DNA of 61,004 bases, filler included, from Chiloscyllium plagiosum (lineage: Eukaryota), in assembly GCF_004010195.1 (NCBI RefSeq). It is 3 parts of one record of this genome, joined end to end, with 100 filler letters (N's around TTAATTAATTAA, not from the genome) between each part and the next. Parts side by side here need not be neighbours in the genome. Positions count along the whole stretch, not along the records: positions 18,286 to 45,278 come from NC_057717.1; 2 more parts are not named here. One strand, given 5' to 3'. The notes under the pieces are model-generated. The model made no database searches and had not been told where the DNA came from. It saw nothing but the letters and a program-made list of their open reading frames with translations. The position numbers and the translations under genes are program-made. Of the stretch, positions 24,609-36,419 are shown piece after piece; within the stretch, counting starts at the first letter, position 1, and the number at the start of each line of letters is the position of its first letter.

Positions 24609-25752
24609 ACAATTGTATGAGTAAACTCTGCTTAATATCGAGACGTTTGACCAATTGAATTGCATCTGAGCCACCGTTCCGCCATTGGAAACTGTCATTG
24701 GAGAGGGTTACATTCGCACACGAGGAATGTTTTAATTAAAAAATATGAATGATTTACTGCAATAAGTTGATAAATGAACTGCACAATGTGTAAAACCGAG
24801 AAGGCGGTAGTGAATACCTAATTTGTGTGTTTCGGTATTCTTTGTTGAAGGGGAAATGCACGGAAAAACACATTTCAAACACTGAGGTGTTCGATTTATA
24901 ACTGGGAATTCTGATTCTCTGCAAACCGTGGATAGCGATAATTGGTGAAATGTTACCATGAAGAAGAGTTTGCATCATCCAAAATTTCACTCTTTTGATT
25001 TGGAATGTTGTGATAGATTAGCAATTTTAAAACATAGTGAATAAATGGACTCGAGGTAAAACGTCGGTCATTGGAACAATAGTAGATCAGCTAACCGATT
25101 GACTTGACTCAAAAATGTACTAAAATTATTGTCAGAAATTGACTTCAAAGCCAGTATGGTCTGCGGCTGTCTCTGTTGGTATTTGTTATTATTGTTATCG
25201 TCGTCATCTGAAAATTATTGTCTTAAAGACGCTTTGAATGGAATATGCTTACATAGTTATTTCAGGCTTAACATGCCTTAACATTGCACATATCTGCAGA
25301 AATAAGGTCAACCTGGTCTCTGTTAGTAATTGCCTACCTCGTATTCTAATTATACATCCCTTCTTTCAGGACTCCACAAGAATGGAAATTATCCTTCATA
25401 TATCTACCCTAACAGTCCTAATAAATTTTTATTTGTGTCAAAGAGATTTTCTCTCAGTCTTTGACATTTGCGTGAAAGCAGTCACATTTTCCTCAGTCTC
25501 TCCTCATTGTACAATCACACCGTATAACGAAGCAGTGTTTCAAATATATACTGCACAGCTCTCTTGTCAGTGCATTCTTTCATACCCCTACCCGCCGAAG
25601 TAAATACGCTGGTTTCGCGCTTGAAAATATGACATTCTTCCAGAGATTGAGAAAAGATATATGACCTTGTAATAAATAAAAAATAGAAACGAGAGTGATA
25701 ATGCGAACGTATTGAGATAGCTTAAAATGTTTTCTGCGATAGAAAAGTAACA

Positions 25753-26972
25753 ACACTGCTCTACCTGTCAGTCTGAATGCGACAATGATGGGATAGTCAA
25801 TGGCAAACTAAACCTGGAGGTACTCTTTGTGTTTCTATCAGAAGATAGAAAATGTTTCTGCAAGAAAATGTTACCTCATATACCTCACGTCAGGCTCCAG
25901 GGAGATAATTGGTTGTTTTGAGATAGTGCATTAACAGTTTACAATGGATTAGCACAGCGTCTGCTAAGATGATTTTGAACGTCGTGGAGGACATAAATGT
26001 TTTGTTAACTGCCTGGGTCCTGTTGTAAAAAAAATGAGATAAAGAGAAAATCCAGATTCATCCCAGTTAATTTCATTATCATTGGCAGACCAGACTGCCT
26101 GGATATTGGACACAGAACTGAGCAGAGTCGAATGCCCCGCCATGCTGAGAAATGGACATTTTCTGTGGAAAACTCAGTTCTCTTCTCCTGCAAGCTGTTA
26201 TAATTCTTTTCCATTCGTTTACGAACAAAGTGCATTACGCATCCAATAAGAAAAGAACACATAACAATGTAAATTTCAGCACAAGAGCAGGCCAGTCAGC
26301 ACTTGAAAAGTGCGTGAATCTAGAGACTCCTCCAATACCTGTAGCTCATTTTCGAAGCGCCTGTATCCCTCTACTACACTGCTCTACCTGTCAGTCTGAA
26401 TGCGACAATGATTTGAGGTACTCTTTGTGTTTCTATCAGAAGATAGAAAATGTTTCTGAAAGAAAATGTTACCTCATATACCTCACGTCAGGCTCCAGGG
26501 AGATAATTGGTTGTTTTGAGATAGTGGATTAACAGTTTACAATGGATTAGCACAGCGTCTGCTAAGATGATTTTGAACGTCGTGGAGGACACAAATGTTT
26601 TGTTCACTGCCTGGGTCCTGTTGTAAAAAAATGAGATAAAGAGAACATCCAGATTCATCCCAGTTAATTTCATTATCATTGGCAGACCAGACTGCCTGGA
26701 TATTGGACACAGAACTGAGCAGAGTCGAATGCCTCGCCATGCTGAGAAATGGACATTTTCTGTGGAAAACTCAGTTCTCTTCTCCTGCAAGCTGTTATAA
26801 TTCTTTTCCATTCGTTTACGAAGAAAGTGCATTACGCATCCAAGAAGAAAAGAACACATAACAATGTAAATTTCAGCACAAGAGCAGGCCACTCAGCCCT
26901 TGAAAAGTGCGTGAATCTAGAGACTCCACCTATACCTGTAGCTCATTTTCGAAGCGTCTGTATCCCTCTACT
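25753..26972. repeat. Tandem duplication of a unit of about 0.6 kb (25753-26375 and 26376-26972)
   Basis: Both units start ACACTGCTCTACCTGTCAGTCTGAATGCGACAATGAT and end TATCCCTCTACT. The second unit lacks 26 bp near its start. Confidence 0.93.
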
Positions 26973-27177
26973 CACTTTCCTTTCACGAATCTGTCTGATA
27001 CATCTTAAATGATGTTATCGTGCCCACATCTGCTACCTTTACTGGCAATGCATCCCAAGCACCCATCGCCCTGCACATAAAGAACTTCCCACGCTTATCT
27101 CCCCGAAACGTTTCCGCTCTCCCCTAGTAAGTTACAACCCCAATCGGGGAGAAAAAAAATGCTATCGATCGTTGCTA

Positions 27178-27298
27178 TGCAACTCATGCTGTAAATCAAG
27201 AACAATAACAGAAATTGCTGGGAGATGCTCATCATGTCTGGCATCGGCTGTGGATAAAATCAGAGCAACAGTTCGCGTCCAGTATGCCTTCCTCAGAA
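27178..27298 (-). mobile_element. Degenerate Penelope pLTR fragment (second family)
   Basis: Reverse complement TTCTGAGGAAGG...GAAC...TCTGATTTTATCCACAG...CCAGAC...CCAGCAATTTCTG. Related to the piece at 49015-49115. Confidence 0.5.
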
Positions 27299-29401
27299 GT
27301 TTATTCCAGGCCTCAGATGTTGCAGCTTTTTTTAAAACTCTGCCGAAAATTGACGAGTAATTGCAAATAACAAATAATCTATCAACATGCAGCTTATTCA
27401 ATCAAAGGGAAATCGCAAAACAGATAATGTAATAGACACAAAATGGCTGAGGTTTTGAAAATGTACGAACAAAAGTATTGAAGGCTCGTGTTGGAGGCAT
27501 CTAAGCTCGTCTAAATTTCCTCCAACTCAAGCATAATAACATAGGACATAAGAGGAAATTCAGCCTCTCAAGTTGGTCTGCCATTTCGTAGCATCATTGC
27601 TGAACTGGTGTTATGAAAGTTATTCTGGCAGTTATGTAGTTAATTTCTTGTTGTAATGCAGGCCCCGGATCATATTACAGAGCTCCAGTAATAGAAGATG
27701 GTAGTGCATTTTGATCGTCTCGTTAAATCACTGGAAGATGAGCTAATGCTGAAGACGATGGTGTTGTAATGTGATAGGTTAAGTGCAATGTAGGGAACCA
27801 GTGTGGCAGGCGCAGATAAGTTTCGAAAGACCAAGCAACCCAGCATGATTTGCTTTGCTAACGTTTTCCAAAAGGCGCGGGAACAACAACTCCATAAACT
27901 GCAGAAGAACAACCAGTATGTGGGCACTAAGTGGATACATTTTGCTGGCTGACATAGCTTTGCTTTTTAAGACTTGAGTTTAATTTGATGACGGATTTTC
28001 TGCGTTTCCCGGTTATTTTTCTGGAATTTTGAGTGGTTTTTCCACAACAAATTTGACATGCCAGATGGGACCTGGAAAAGAGCATTTCCTCTGAAAAGAG
28101 GCTGCAGCCGCAGGGCACTTCCCAGTTGAACCAACAGCTCTCCTGTGACAGACGGAATAAAATGGCTGGGAAACCTCAAAAGAAAGGGTAAGCGTTTTGC
28201 TGCTAATTTGGACAATATTCTGTCAAGTACGGTAGTTTCTCTGGAACGCAGAAAGCTACTGGCGGGTCTCTCCGATCCAAAGAACCAGAAGGGGGCGGGG
28301 TGGTAAAGAAAACTTTCAGGAGACGCAGAAAACAGTTCAGGAAAACTACACAAGGGGTATGCAGTTAGAGACGAAAGGGATTGAGACAAATCTCCACGTG
28401 GTGTGTTTACGTTTCTGTGAAGCTTTAAGAAAATTAAGTTTTAAGTTTTACGAAAATAAACAAAAGCAAGACAAAACGAAAAGGAAAATAAAGGGGTGTG
28501 AGCGATCAGGAACCTATAAGGCATGTTTTAATGGTAGTAATAGTGATTTAGATTAAATTCAAAATCGGCAGATTGGCAGATTAAAAGTTAAATAATAGAG
28601 ATTATCAGAGTGTTAAAGTGCTACTGGCTGTTGAATGTTTAAGACCAGGTCTGTATGGTAACTGAACAGTGCTTTTAGAAATGAACAAAGGAACTATTTA
28701 TGCAAGGTTCTGAAATAGAGAGAGAGAAAAATAATGGCTCAGTGCTGAGCAACTGACTGATTGCAGGACGTTTATGTGTGTGTGTGAGAGAGAGAGAGAA
28801 AGAGAGAGAGAGAGAAGCTCTGACTTGCAGAAAGGCTTTGTTTATGCACGTGCATGTGTGAGAGAGACAAGCTCTGGCTTGCAGAAAGGCTGTGTATATG
28901 TGTGTGTCTGTGTGTGTGCGTGTGTGTGAGAGAGAGAGAAGTTCTGGCTTGCAGAAAGGTTTAGCTTGTGTCTGTGCGTGTGTGAGAGAGACAGACTCGA
29001 CAGTTTAACCGTTGTGATCTGATTTGCATGCACAATTGTTTGTTGGTGGTCAAACATTTCTGTTTTGTTACCCAGAGCTCGAGATCCAAGAGTGCTTTGA
29101 TTTTAATTTGCCCTGTAGGAATTTAAGATATACATTATTTTTCTGGAGAAAGTTTCAAGGAACCATCGTGTATTCTGTGGCTAGAGTCCGAGAATAGTAC
29201 TGGCAGAACGAATGAGGATAGATTTTTATGTGCATTAGTTGAAACTAAGGAAGTTTAAGGACTGATTGGTTGGTAAGGGACAATTGCAAATTGAGGAATT
29301 CGGGAAAAACATATACGAACTGACGAGGCACAATTGGACTTCTAAGTCATAAGGGTGTGATTTGTGAAAACAGAGATAATAGTTTAGCGAGATTTAAATC
29401 T

Positions 29402-31480
29402 ATGTCATGATGAAAAAAGGGACTGCAGTTGGAATATTGACGGAGGAATTTCCAGTATTAAGAAGCGATATCATATAAATTTCTGAAAAAGTGGAAAGAA
29501 AAACTAAGGATTTATTAACATAATGAATGGAAGAAGGTACCTTTGATATGAATATGTGTGCTGAAATGCAAGGTTTAATTGACAATTACAGACGTAAGGA
29601 TAAATCAAAGAAGAGAATGTTGAAGAGAGAATAGGAGGTGGACATTTTAAAGATAATTCGAGTTGAAGGAGTGGATTTGCAGAACGTTTTTCAGGCATCA
29701 CTTGCGACTGATGGGGTTGCCAGAGAGCAGAGAAAGCAGTTTCTCTTTACAAAGGGTGGCCATGAAACCATCTACGCGTATCCAATGAAGAATAAAGGGC
29801 CTTCATTCATGGGGGCCCAGCAGGGGACAACATCTATATATCCCAGTTTGGAAGACTTGGAACTTCACCCTCGCTCCAACGCCCCCCTCCCCCCAATCCA
29901 CACACACACACCCATTTAGATGGAGAGAATGTAACACACTGTCCTGCAGTAAGGGGGACATTACAGTTAGAGGGGAAATTTAATTGGGAAGAAGCTGAGC
30001 CAGAATAGAATATGTTAAGAATAAAACGGGAGGCAGAGCAGGCGAAGAAGCAAGCACAATTAGGTGCTTTTGACGTGGAAAAAGAGAGACGTAGAGTTGA
30101 AATTCGGGAGCAATACAAATTAGAGAACGGAGGGATTATGAGGCATATTTAAAGCTTTGCATGGATGTTGGGCAGAAACAGGCCGACGGTGATACTGACA
30201 GTAATGGGGGGGAACAGAGGAGGCAGTAATGTGTTCAGGAAAATGGGCACAAGGAGAGGAAGCGAAAAAAGAATGGCAAGATACGAAGTAGGTTCTGAAG
30301 TGGAATCTGATGAGGAAATACAATGTAGCAGTTTTAATAAGGTAAAGAAGCTGTCACAGGGAAAGATACTGTCATTGCTTATAAAATCCATTCCTTGGGA
30401 ACCCAGGATCTAGAAAGGCTGAGAAATGTGTTGCCCAATTTTCATGACAGAGCAGGAAAGTGGATTAGAGACATTCAGGATGAAACTATAGGGCGGTTGT
30501 TGGCTATGGGGGGTTGAAGTCACCGTTAATAAATGTGTTGGGACTCACGAATTAATAGAGATAATGAATTGAGCGTGGTTGAAGCATGTGGTGAACAACC
30601 CGATGATTGATGGTGCTGCACTTGATCGAGTAAGACAGAATGCGTGGCTGGCACTTAGAGATTGTTATCCGCACAAGATTGATCCCGAAGCTTTGAGAGA
30701 AATCCACTGGGAGACACTGAAAACCCAGGAGCCTACCTGGAAAAGCAATTGAAAAAGTGGCATCTTGAAATGGATCAAGTGACGGAAGGTAGTCAACTGC
30801 TGACCAGAATGTTCCAGACTGCTATTGTTGAGGCCATGACATCTCAATTCAAATCTAAGTTAGAGAAGGTAGCGGTCTCACGTCGATGAACCGCCAAGAC
30901 TTCAGAGATTATATAGTCCATGCAGTCGAGAGATAGTGGAAAGACAATAAAAAGCTGGCTGAGTAACAGGAGGAAGTGCAAAGAACTTTTTCACTACTGC
31001 AGCGTAAGGAATCTAAAAAGAATGAAAGAGAGAAACGCAAGGCGATGTTGCCAGTGACAGATGGGTTGATCGACGGTAATGTAATGAATTACATGCTGTG
31101 TTGGGAGAGCACCCTAACGCCACATGGCAAGGGCAAGGAAACCACATGCTGATAAGAAATGTTTTTGGAGGGACATTTTCCAGAAGTACCATACAAAGGG
31201 CAAAATAAAATTAAGCGACAGCGTTGGCGGAACTAAAGTTTCCAAGGGCAGGACCAAGGAGGTGGGGGCGCTAAAGGATATGGTGAGAAGTCAGATTCAG
31301 AGAGGATCAGGAATAGTCTGCTCGGGGTATTTTCAACCAGGCCATTAAAGGAGAGATGTGTTCATATTGGCCCTGGGCCTCCTGGAGCCGGGGTGCGCCT
31401 CTGACTCACGGACGTGCAGCTGACCCGCAACAATCCCTGCAGGCCAGATTGGACCTGTAAGTCCAAATAGGATGTATTAA
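29402..31480 (+). pseudogene. gag: ERV-B gag, disrupted
   Basis: MA-like EEGTFDMNMC, IYPSL, and CA-like IPWG(T)QDLERLRNVLPNFHDRAGKWI..ETIGRLLAMG. Zinc-knuckle remnant VCSGYFQPGH*RRD near 31317-31357. Stop at 31478 followed by a GCPENP-like junction (VYPENP). Confidence 0.8.
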
Positions 31481-32660
31481 GTGTACCCAGAGAACCCCTG
31501 TGTGAAGGGGCTACATCCTATGTTAACGTGGGAAGCTGAACAGGAAGCTATTGTACTGGTTAGTGTGGAGAAAACCGTTGACGTTTAGGGTGATAGATAG
31601 TTGAGCTACATATACTTGCGCCCAAACACAATATGCCGCCCACGTTCACATGTCACGTAAATTTGCTAAGACTGTAGCGTTTTCGGGTAGCCGCTTTACA
31701 ATTCCAGTAAGTTTGCAAGTGGACAGTAAAACAGTTGTCTTGTATTTATTAGTGTCTAATGGGACATCAATTAATTTGCTGGGCCAGGACGCTTTATTGA
31801 AGTTAAAATTAAAATTGGAATGTACTCAAAAGGTATTTAATGTCGACAAAGCAAACTCTCAGTTATCGTTGTAGGGAGAAAGAAAGGCCAAAAAATATGA
31901 GATAGGTGACTTGGGTAGTTAGATTTGGGAAACTTAGGAAAATTGGAGGAAACATGCTTTTGCTCTACTGCCTTTTGCTGCACCACCGAAGTCTGAGCTG
32001 CATTGTGCAGTGTTTTTTTCACGAGAGGCAGAGTAAAGTATTTGAGGAGCATTGGCACTGTGAGTTTGCCTCCACACAGCATTTACAATGTAAAGCTATA
32101 GTGACAGGGAAGCAGGGAGCAACATAACGGTAAGAAAAATGATTTTCTAGAGAAATGGCCCGTGTGCCAGGTGCTTGGGCCAATGTGACATGTTTAGCAA
32201 ATGAGCAACATCAGTCCAAAGATTTGGCATCCATGGTTAAGCATGTAGAAATGATTAGCAGATGACTACGCCAGGAGTCTGGAAATCTGGCGATGATAAC
32301 TATGTTCGAATTGTGCTTTGTATAGGTATGCTGGGGAACACCAATGATGTAGTTTACCAACGGTGTATGCAAATGATAGCTGGAGGAACTGGCCATCTGT
32401 TTGATTATTGGTTGGATGCACTGCCAGTTCGGTAATGGTCACAACATGATCCGGATGTGGGGAGAATGAAATCAGCGAATCCATTGGAAATTAGGTTAAA
32501 GTTGCGGGCACATTTATATAGATGTTCGGAGTATCCTTTGAACCAAGAGGCAGAGGAGGAATTGGCAGGAACAATACGGGGACTACTGGACGCAGGAGTG
32601 CTTCGGGCATCATATAGTCCTTGTAATACTCAATTGCGACCTGTTCCAAAAGCAGATAAG
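31481..32660 (+). pseudogene. pol: ERV-B protease, 2H-phosphoesterase remnant and RT N-terminus
   Basis: Protease VIDS*ATYTC (about 31590-31620) and INLLGQDALLKL. LQCKA at 32083-32097 and VPGAWANVTCLANEQHQSKDLASMVK from 32164. RT DVGRMKSANP..EYPLNQEAEE..LLDAGVL..SPCNTQLRPVPKADKS. Confidence 0.8.
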
Positions 32661-33615
32661 TCTGTATGTAGGTTTGCTCACTGAACTGGGAGGTTCATGT
32701 CAAGAAGTATCATGAACTCGACAAGGTAACGTCTTCACTTGGCCTCAGTCAAAGCAGTGTACATGATTCCTACTTACTATTTATATGTTTGGGTTTCTTT
32801 GGGTTGGTGATATTATTTCCTGAGGTGATGTCATTTCCTGTGGTGATATCATTTCCTGTTCTTTTTCCAAGTGGGTGGTAGATAGGGTCAAACTCGAAGT
32901 GTTTGTTGATAGAGTTCGGGATGGAATGACATGCTTCTAGGAATTCTCGTGTGTGTCTCTGTTTGGCATTTTCGAAGATGGATGTGTTGTCCCAGTCGAC
33001 GTGGTGTCTTTCCTTATCTGTAGGAAAGGATACTGGTGAGAGAGGGTCAAGTCGTTTTGTGGCTAGTTGGTATTCATATATCATGGTGGATAGTTTTCTG
33101 CGAGTTTGTCCAATGTAGTGTCTGTTGCAGTTCTTGTAAATGACATTAGTTTGCTTGTTAGCTACATAGGCCCATTCAGATTCATTAGCAGCTGCCTTCG
33201 TGTGTTGGTGGGTGTGTGGGCTACCATGATGCCAAGAGGTCTGAGTAGTCTGGCAGTCATTTCCGAGATGTCTTTGATATAGCGGAATATGGCTCGGGTT
33301 TCTGGACGTGTACCGTCTGCTTACTTGAGTTTGTTGCTGGGAAATCGGCGGACTGTGGTCATTGGGTACACATTCGTTTTCAAAACACGGTGCAGGTGAT
33401 TTCCCTCTGGTCTGCGTAGTTCCTCTGTGCCGCAGTGTGTGTTGGCTCGTTGAAGTGATATTCTGATGAGCTTCGTTTGTGGATGTTGGGATAATTGCTT
33501 CTGTAGTTTAATATTTGGTCCGTGTGTGTTATTCTCCTGTAGACGCTGGCAGACGTTCCTAATAAGGAGGAAAGAAGACACAGGAAGATCCGAAGACAAG
33601 AACTTTGAACCGGGC
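32660..33615 (-). mobile_element. 5'-truncated Penelope (Poseidon-like) element
   Basis: SVYRRITHTDQILNYRSNYP (RT thumb), YIKDISEMTARLL, NVIYKNCNRHYIGQT (GIY-YIG), DWDNTSIF..REFLEA..NSINK. The pLTR ends GAACCTCCCAGTTCAGTGAGCAAACCTACAT. Confidence 0.9.
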
Positions 33616-33619
33616 ATCC

Positions 33620-33975
33620 TGTGCAAGGAAATTCCTCGATAAACTTCATCTTTGCGTTCGTGGGTTTAACCTTCCATGACTGATGTAATGTCAAAATTAC
33701 GTCAGTTCTGATTTTGCCAATTCCGTTTTATTTTAGTTAATCACCAGTTTTGCTTCACAAACTCGTTCAAAGAGCTCTTCCAAGTGCATCATGTAATCTT
33801 CCTAGAATTAATAAAATTCACTGCTTCGTCCAAATAGGCTATACCGTTTGTAACCGAACAACAACTCTATTCTTGAGTATTTGGAATGTGGCGGGCGTGA
33901 TTTCCATTCCAAAGACATCACCTTAAGCTGATATAGCTCATTGGTGTTACAAATGCAGAACTTTCTTTCGCCATC
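33620..33975 (-). pseudogene. Gypsy (Gmr1-like) RT fragment
   Basis: Minus strand: KESSAFVTP..LYQLKVMS(F)GMEITPATFQ..AYLDE..HLEELFERVCEAKLVIN*NKTELAK..KFIEEFP. Confidence 0.78.
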
Positions 33976-34432
33976 TCTTATTCGGGGTCTGCTCTCCTGC
34001 TTAATTTAAAATCAGCAACATAGAAAAGATTAGTCCCGTGCAGTAATCTGTAAAACTTCGAGTGGGCAAGAACTATGTAAAGTAAATCTTAACAACTTTA
34101 TTCCTTAAAATACAGCAGAGAATAATTATCTAACCACTATCTACAATTTAGTTCTCTAATCTATCTTTCAACTTCTCTTTAAAATACTTGTCCGATAAAA
34201 CTCCCAATTAAGATTAACTAAACAATACTTCTTATCTCAAAACCAGGCAGCTGTATGATCTTGTCTTCGGATTTTGCTGTCTTCTTCTCCCCTTGTTAGC
34301 GATTTCTGTATCACACGTTACTGATGGAAAATGTACTTTGAAAAGAGATGTTTTCAAGCAGCTTTTTACATGCCAGGAGTTAGCAGGTCTTCTCTCAAGT
34401 TTTCAGTTCCCAGCCCCGTCTTATACCCTAAA
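33976..34432 (-). repeat. Partial LTR-like sequence, truncated by the ERV-A 5' LTR
   Basis: Minus-strand TATAA (about 34425-34421) and AATAAA (about 34102-34097). It ends abruptly inside the RT fragment and has no coding signal. Confidence 0.45.
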
Positions 34433-35619
34433 TGTGGGAAAAAGATCTATCAACCTGCCTACCCATACTTGCCCACACAGAAGGGAAAATCAAGCCTGTC
34501 CAAACCAGACAAGAAATACCAGAATACCTTAGCATTGAGCAAACAGTCTGACAGGATAACCAGATATGATCATAGTCACTCACAGACCAGAGAATACGTT
34601 CATAACAAACTAACAATAAGCTTCCTGGATTCGGTCAACACAGCTTAGCCAAAACTGAAAGAGCAGTCTCGTACCCCAATGATACCAAAGCCACACAAAG
34701 CCACACGCAGGTCAGATGGTGGATCACCCAAATACCTCGCTCACAAGAGAGAAACAATGGAATCGCATTATTGTTTCAAAATAGAATAGCTCACCAATCC
34801 TTGAAGAGAGCTGGAATCTACTGATCCCATCAAGAACTGTTTGATGTTGCCAGAAATTTACATTTCAGCAATCAGAACATTCTTCTGTTTGATGTTTCGC
34901 AATTATCACCATTGTAATTGGATTGCTTATTTTTCAATTACATTGCAATTTCCCCATTTTGCACAACCTCATTGTGCAACATTATTATAAAAGCTGGCTA
35001 AATTTTTAACTCGAGGAAGAGAGTTAAGGTGACGTCGAGAGACGCCACACCTTTCCACTTTCCGCAAAGACCGTTCCCTCCTTGATGACCTGGTCTGGTC
35101 CACGCACCCAACAACCTATCCTCTCTTCCTGGCACCTTCCCCTGCCAACGCAGGAATTGCAAAACTTGCGCCAACACCTCCCCCTCACTTCCATCCCAGG
35201 CCCCAAAGGAACCTTCCACATCCATCAAATTGCTACCTGCACATCTGCCAATGTCATTTCTTTTATCAGTTGCTCCCGACGTGGACTCCTTTACATTGGG
35301 GAGACGGGACGCCTTTTCACAGAGCGCTTTAGGGAACATCCACGCCCCCTCGCATTTATCTCTTCCCCACGGAGGCTCCCTGCCTTCATTCCTGATGAAG
35401 TTATTTTGCCTGAAACGTCGATATTCCTCATCCTCGAATGCTGCCTGACATGCTGTGCTTTCCCACCACCACTCTCATCTAGACTCTGATCTCCAGCATC
35501 TGCAGTCTTTACTTCGACCTAGACAGCCTGCCTATGCTGTTTCAGCTTGGTCAATTTCTCTTCCGCAATATCTCTGTGATTTGTCATCTCTGGTTTATTA
35601 TGCTTATTTCTCCAAAACA
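34433..35619 (+). repeat. ERV-A 5' LTR, interrupted by Penelope
   Basis: Begins TGTGGGAAAA and is colinear with the 3' LTR (AAATCAAGC, CATAGTCACT, CCAAAGCCACACAAA, TACCTCGCTCA, CTGATCCCAT). TATAAAA at 34986. Resumes after the insertion and ends TTTCTCCAAAACA. Confidence 0.85.
35027..35519 (+). mobile_element. Penelope fragment; duplicate of 6379-7246 with an internal deletion of about 380 bp
   Basis: SANVISFISCSRRGLLYIGETG, then a jump from GAACATC to CACGCCCCCTCGC. Degenerate hammerhead with CTGATGA at 35392 and GAAACGTC at 35412. Confidence 0.9.
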
Positions 35620-36419
35620 AAATTGGCGTGGACGGTAGCCCCTTTCCTCTCAACAGGTTAAGCGAAGAAGACATTTTAAAATTATCCCAATTCACACTTG
35701 GCGGCTAGATCTGCCACAGCGGGTCATACCGAGTGAAAGGTTGGACGACTCAGGATGTTAGCCACAATTCCAATCCAACCAATGCAGCGGTTCAGCGTTC
35801 AGCAACTACGGACTTGGCCTAAGGAGGCAGTCGGGTAAGGAACTAAACTGATCAACTAAATTTTAAGTAATTTGGCAGACGCGTGATCCAACTTGAATCA
35901 GGGCTTGTGCCAAAACGTTCATCCAGCCAGGGGAAACACGGTCAGCCAACGGACGTCTGGCAAGATTGAATGGAATTGACAGGGGACCGACCTGTTCACT
36001 GTTTTCTATTCTATGGTATCTGAGTGTTTGTTTTGTGTGTGCCTATTTGCTTTGCGGTTACTGAGTGCTTGACTTGTGAATTTCATGTGTCTCGCCTGAG
36101 TGTGTTCACCATCCGTAAACTGTTTGTCTACATTGTGGTAAGCGAGGACATGCTCGATTACTTAACGTGTCAATCTCTTGCAGCTTGTGTGTTCAATTGG
36201 CCCTCTCTCTGTTCATTCTTCCTCGAAAGACAAAGTACAGCACTTAGCACTCAACCAAGGACGTCCAGTACGCCATGGGACACGGATATCCACCCTCTGC
36301 TGGAAGGTGTCAGCTGCGGAAGCTGGGTAACCCCAACCACGTGGTGAGACCGCACTGTGCCGAAGATGAGCAAGATGATGTAAAGAAGCCATGGTAACTG
36401 CGTGAATTTCCAGACAAAG

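Larger units (their letters stand above)
27609..32660 (+). mobile_element. ERV-B: 5' half of a second class I (epsilon-like) provirus, truncated in RT by a Penelope insertion
   Basis: Putative LTR about 27609-28259 (TG start, AATAAA near 28157; boundaries approximate). Long leader with GT/GA repeats, then gag, protease, 2H-like domain and RT N-terminus in order. Confidence 0.82.

Noticed and set aside
28260..28278. Specific tRNA assignment for the ERV-B PBS (TGGCGGGTCTCTCCGATCC)
   Set aside because: Only loose similarity to a tRNA-Gln-type PBS; too degenerate to call.
28815..28960. Repeat-spacer pattern resembling a mini CRISPR
   Set aside because: The spacers are GT/GA microsatellites inside a retroviral leader, and there are only three repeats.
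32806..32860. 18-bp triple repeat (TGNDIT x3) as a separate minisatellite
   Set aside because: A local slippage within the Penelope ORF end, not an independent feature.
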